From Macrostomum lignano (lineage: Eukaryota): a stretch of DNA of 64,000 nt. Made by a program: the position numbers and the translations under genes. How positions within the stretch are numbered: position 1 is the first letter of the stretch; each line of letters opens with the position of its first letter. The stretch covers positions 1 through 64,000 of the forward strand of contig NIVC01002705.1 of NCBI GenBank assembly GCA_002269645.1, read 5' to 3'. Below, piece by piece: positions 63,519-64,000 of the stretch. A model generated the notes under the pieces. That model was not told the DNA's origin. It made no database searches and saw only the letters and a list, made by a program, of their open reading frames with translations.

Positions 63519-64000
63519 TTATGCATGGTAGTAGCACTGCATAACCATATGTGGACGTTTGTTTTGCTGCAGGTGATCCGTTCTCCACCTTGGCTGGCCA
63601 CGAAACAGACGCACCCCAGCAGCTCGGTCGGTGCCACCGGCACCTCCGTTCCTAGCTTCTGTTGCGTGCGCACCAAAACAAGGTGCAATGTTTAGCCAGC
63701 AGCGGCGTAAGCGAAGTCGAAGTCTCACACGAAATTCTGCACTAGAGCCGCAATAGACGACAAAGTTAACTAAACTGTCCACCAGCATTAGAAGGTTCAG
63801 TATGCGAGTGTTGCAGCGTCGATTTTTTATAAATCGAAGTAGGGCACACACAAATGTTGGACAGTTAAGCGATATAAAAACCAGCGACAGCGGCAGTACT
63901 ATTCTTGTAGCGCGCATGCACAGGTAGGCCGATACTGACGAGGAGCGCCGCTTTGCGAAGGTGATAGCAATTACACCAACAGAGCTGACGCCCACAAGAG
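63519..64000 (-). CDS. 3' part (TM6, TM7, tail) of a rhodopsin-family, peptide-receptor-like GPCR; the gene starts beyond the window
   Basis: Basic loop, then ATRIVLPLSLVFISLNCP (TM6 FxxxxxP), then NLLMLVDSLVNFVVYC..S..FR (TM7 NxxxY variant plus helix 8). Confidence 0.7.
   Translation of the reverse strand, partial: LVGVSSVGVIAITFAKRRSSSVSAYLCMRATRIVLPLSLVFISLNCPTFVCALLRFIKNRRCNTRILNLLMLVDSLVNFVVYCGSSAEFRVRLRLRLRRCWLNIAPCFGAHATEARNGGAGGTDRAAGVRLFRGQPRWRTDHLQQNKRPHMVMQCYYHA

Noticed and set aside
883-64000. NPF-like ligand and peptide-type GPCR in the same window as a ligand-receptor pair
   Set aside because: They are 62 kb apart, the GPCR is partial and unassigned, and linkage is not evidence of pairing in animals.
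1-64000. Prokaryotic defence system or horizontally acquired operon (NACHT plus tubulin)
   Set aside because: All recognised genes have spliceosomal introns or eukaryotic-family motifs; no rRNA, tRNA, operon or phage features were seen.

Overview
Eukaryotic (metazoan) genomic DNA. It has GT-AG introns, GC-rich exons in AT-rich spacers, many minisatellites and Gln/Pro/Ala-rich ORFs; this style suggests a free-living flatworm such as Macrostomum (inference only). The main feature is a family of three ~2,100-aa NWD-type STAND NTPase genes (DUF4062-like N-terminus, NACHT, degenerate beta-propeller). Two lie in a direct tandem duplication (~11.8-26.0 kb and ~27.1-39.8 kb; each unit also carries a very divergent beta-tubulin-like gene) and one is an inverted copy at 52.6-59.2 kb. 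The copies are mosaics: near-identical tracts, introns included, alternate with an old, strongly diverged central propeller segment. They have different N-termini and different predicted C-terminal modules (a spliced Dpy-30-like motif in copies 1/2, a CaaX box in copy 3). At the start codon of copy 1 a splice acceptor is replaced by TTGCATG, which matches the 3' end of flatworm spliced leaders as I recall it. Also present: an NPY/NPF-like neuropeptide gene with the diagnostic intron in the RF-amide Arg codon; a 4-kb Mutator-like element (10-bp TSD) carrying a ubiquitin-protease fragment; a decayed Ty3/gypsy pol that disrupts one tubulin copy; a LINE endonuclease fragment; a Penelope GIY-YIG fragment with a hammerhead-like core inside the intron of a C20orf27/ADISSP homologue; a coiled-coil gene with a different minisatellite in each intron; an orphan ~870-aa ORF; and the 3' part of a rhodopsin-family GPCR. 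Many single-base frameshifts look like long-read consensus errors. All gene models were spliced by eye and no database searches were run.
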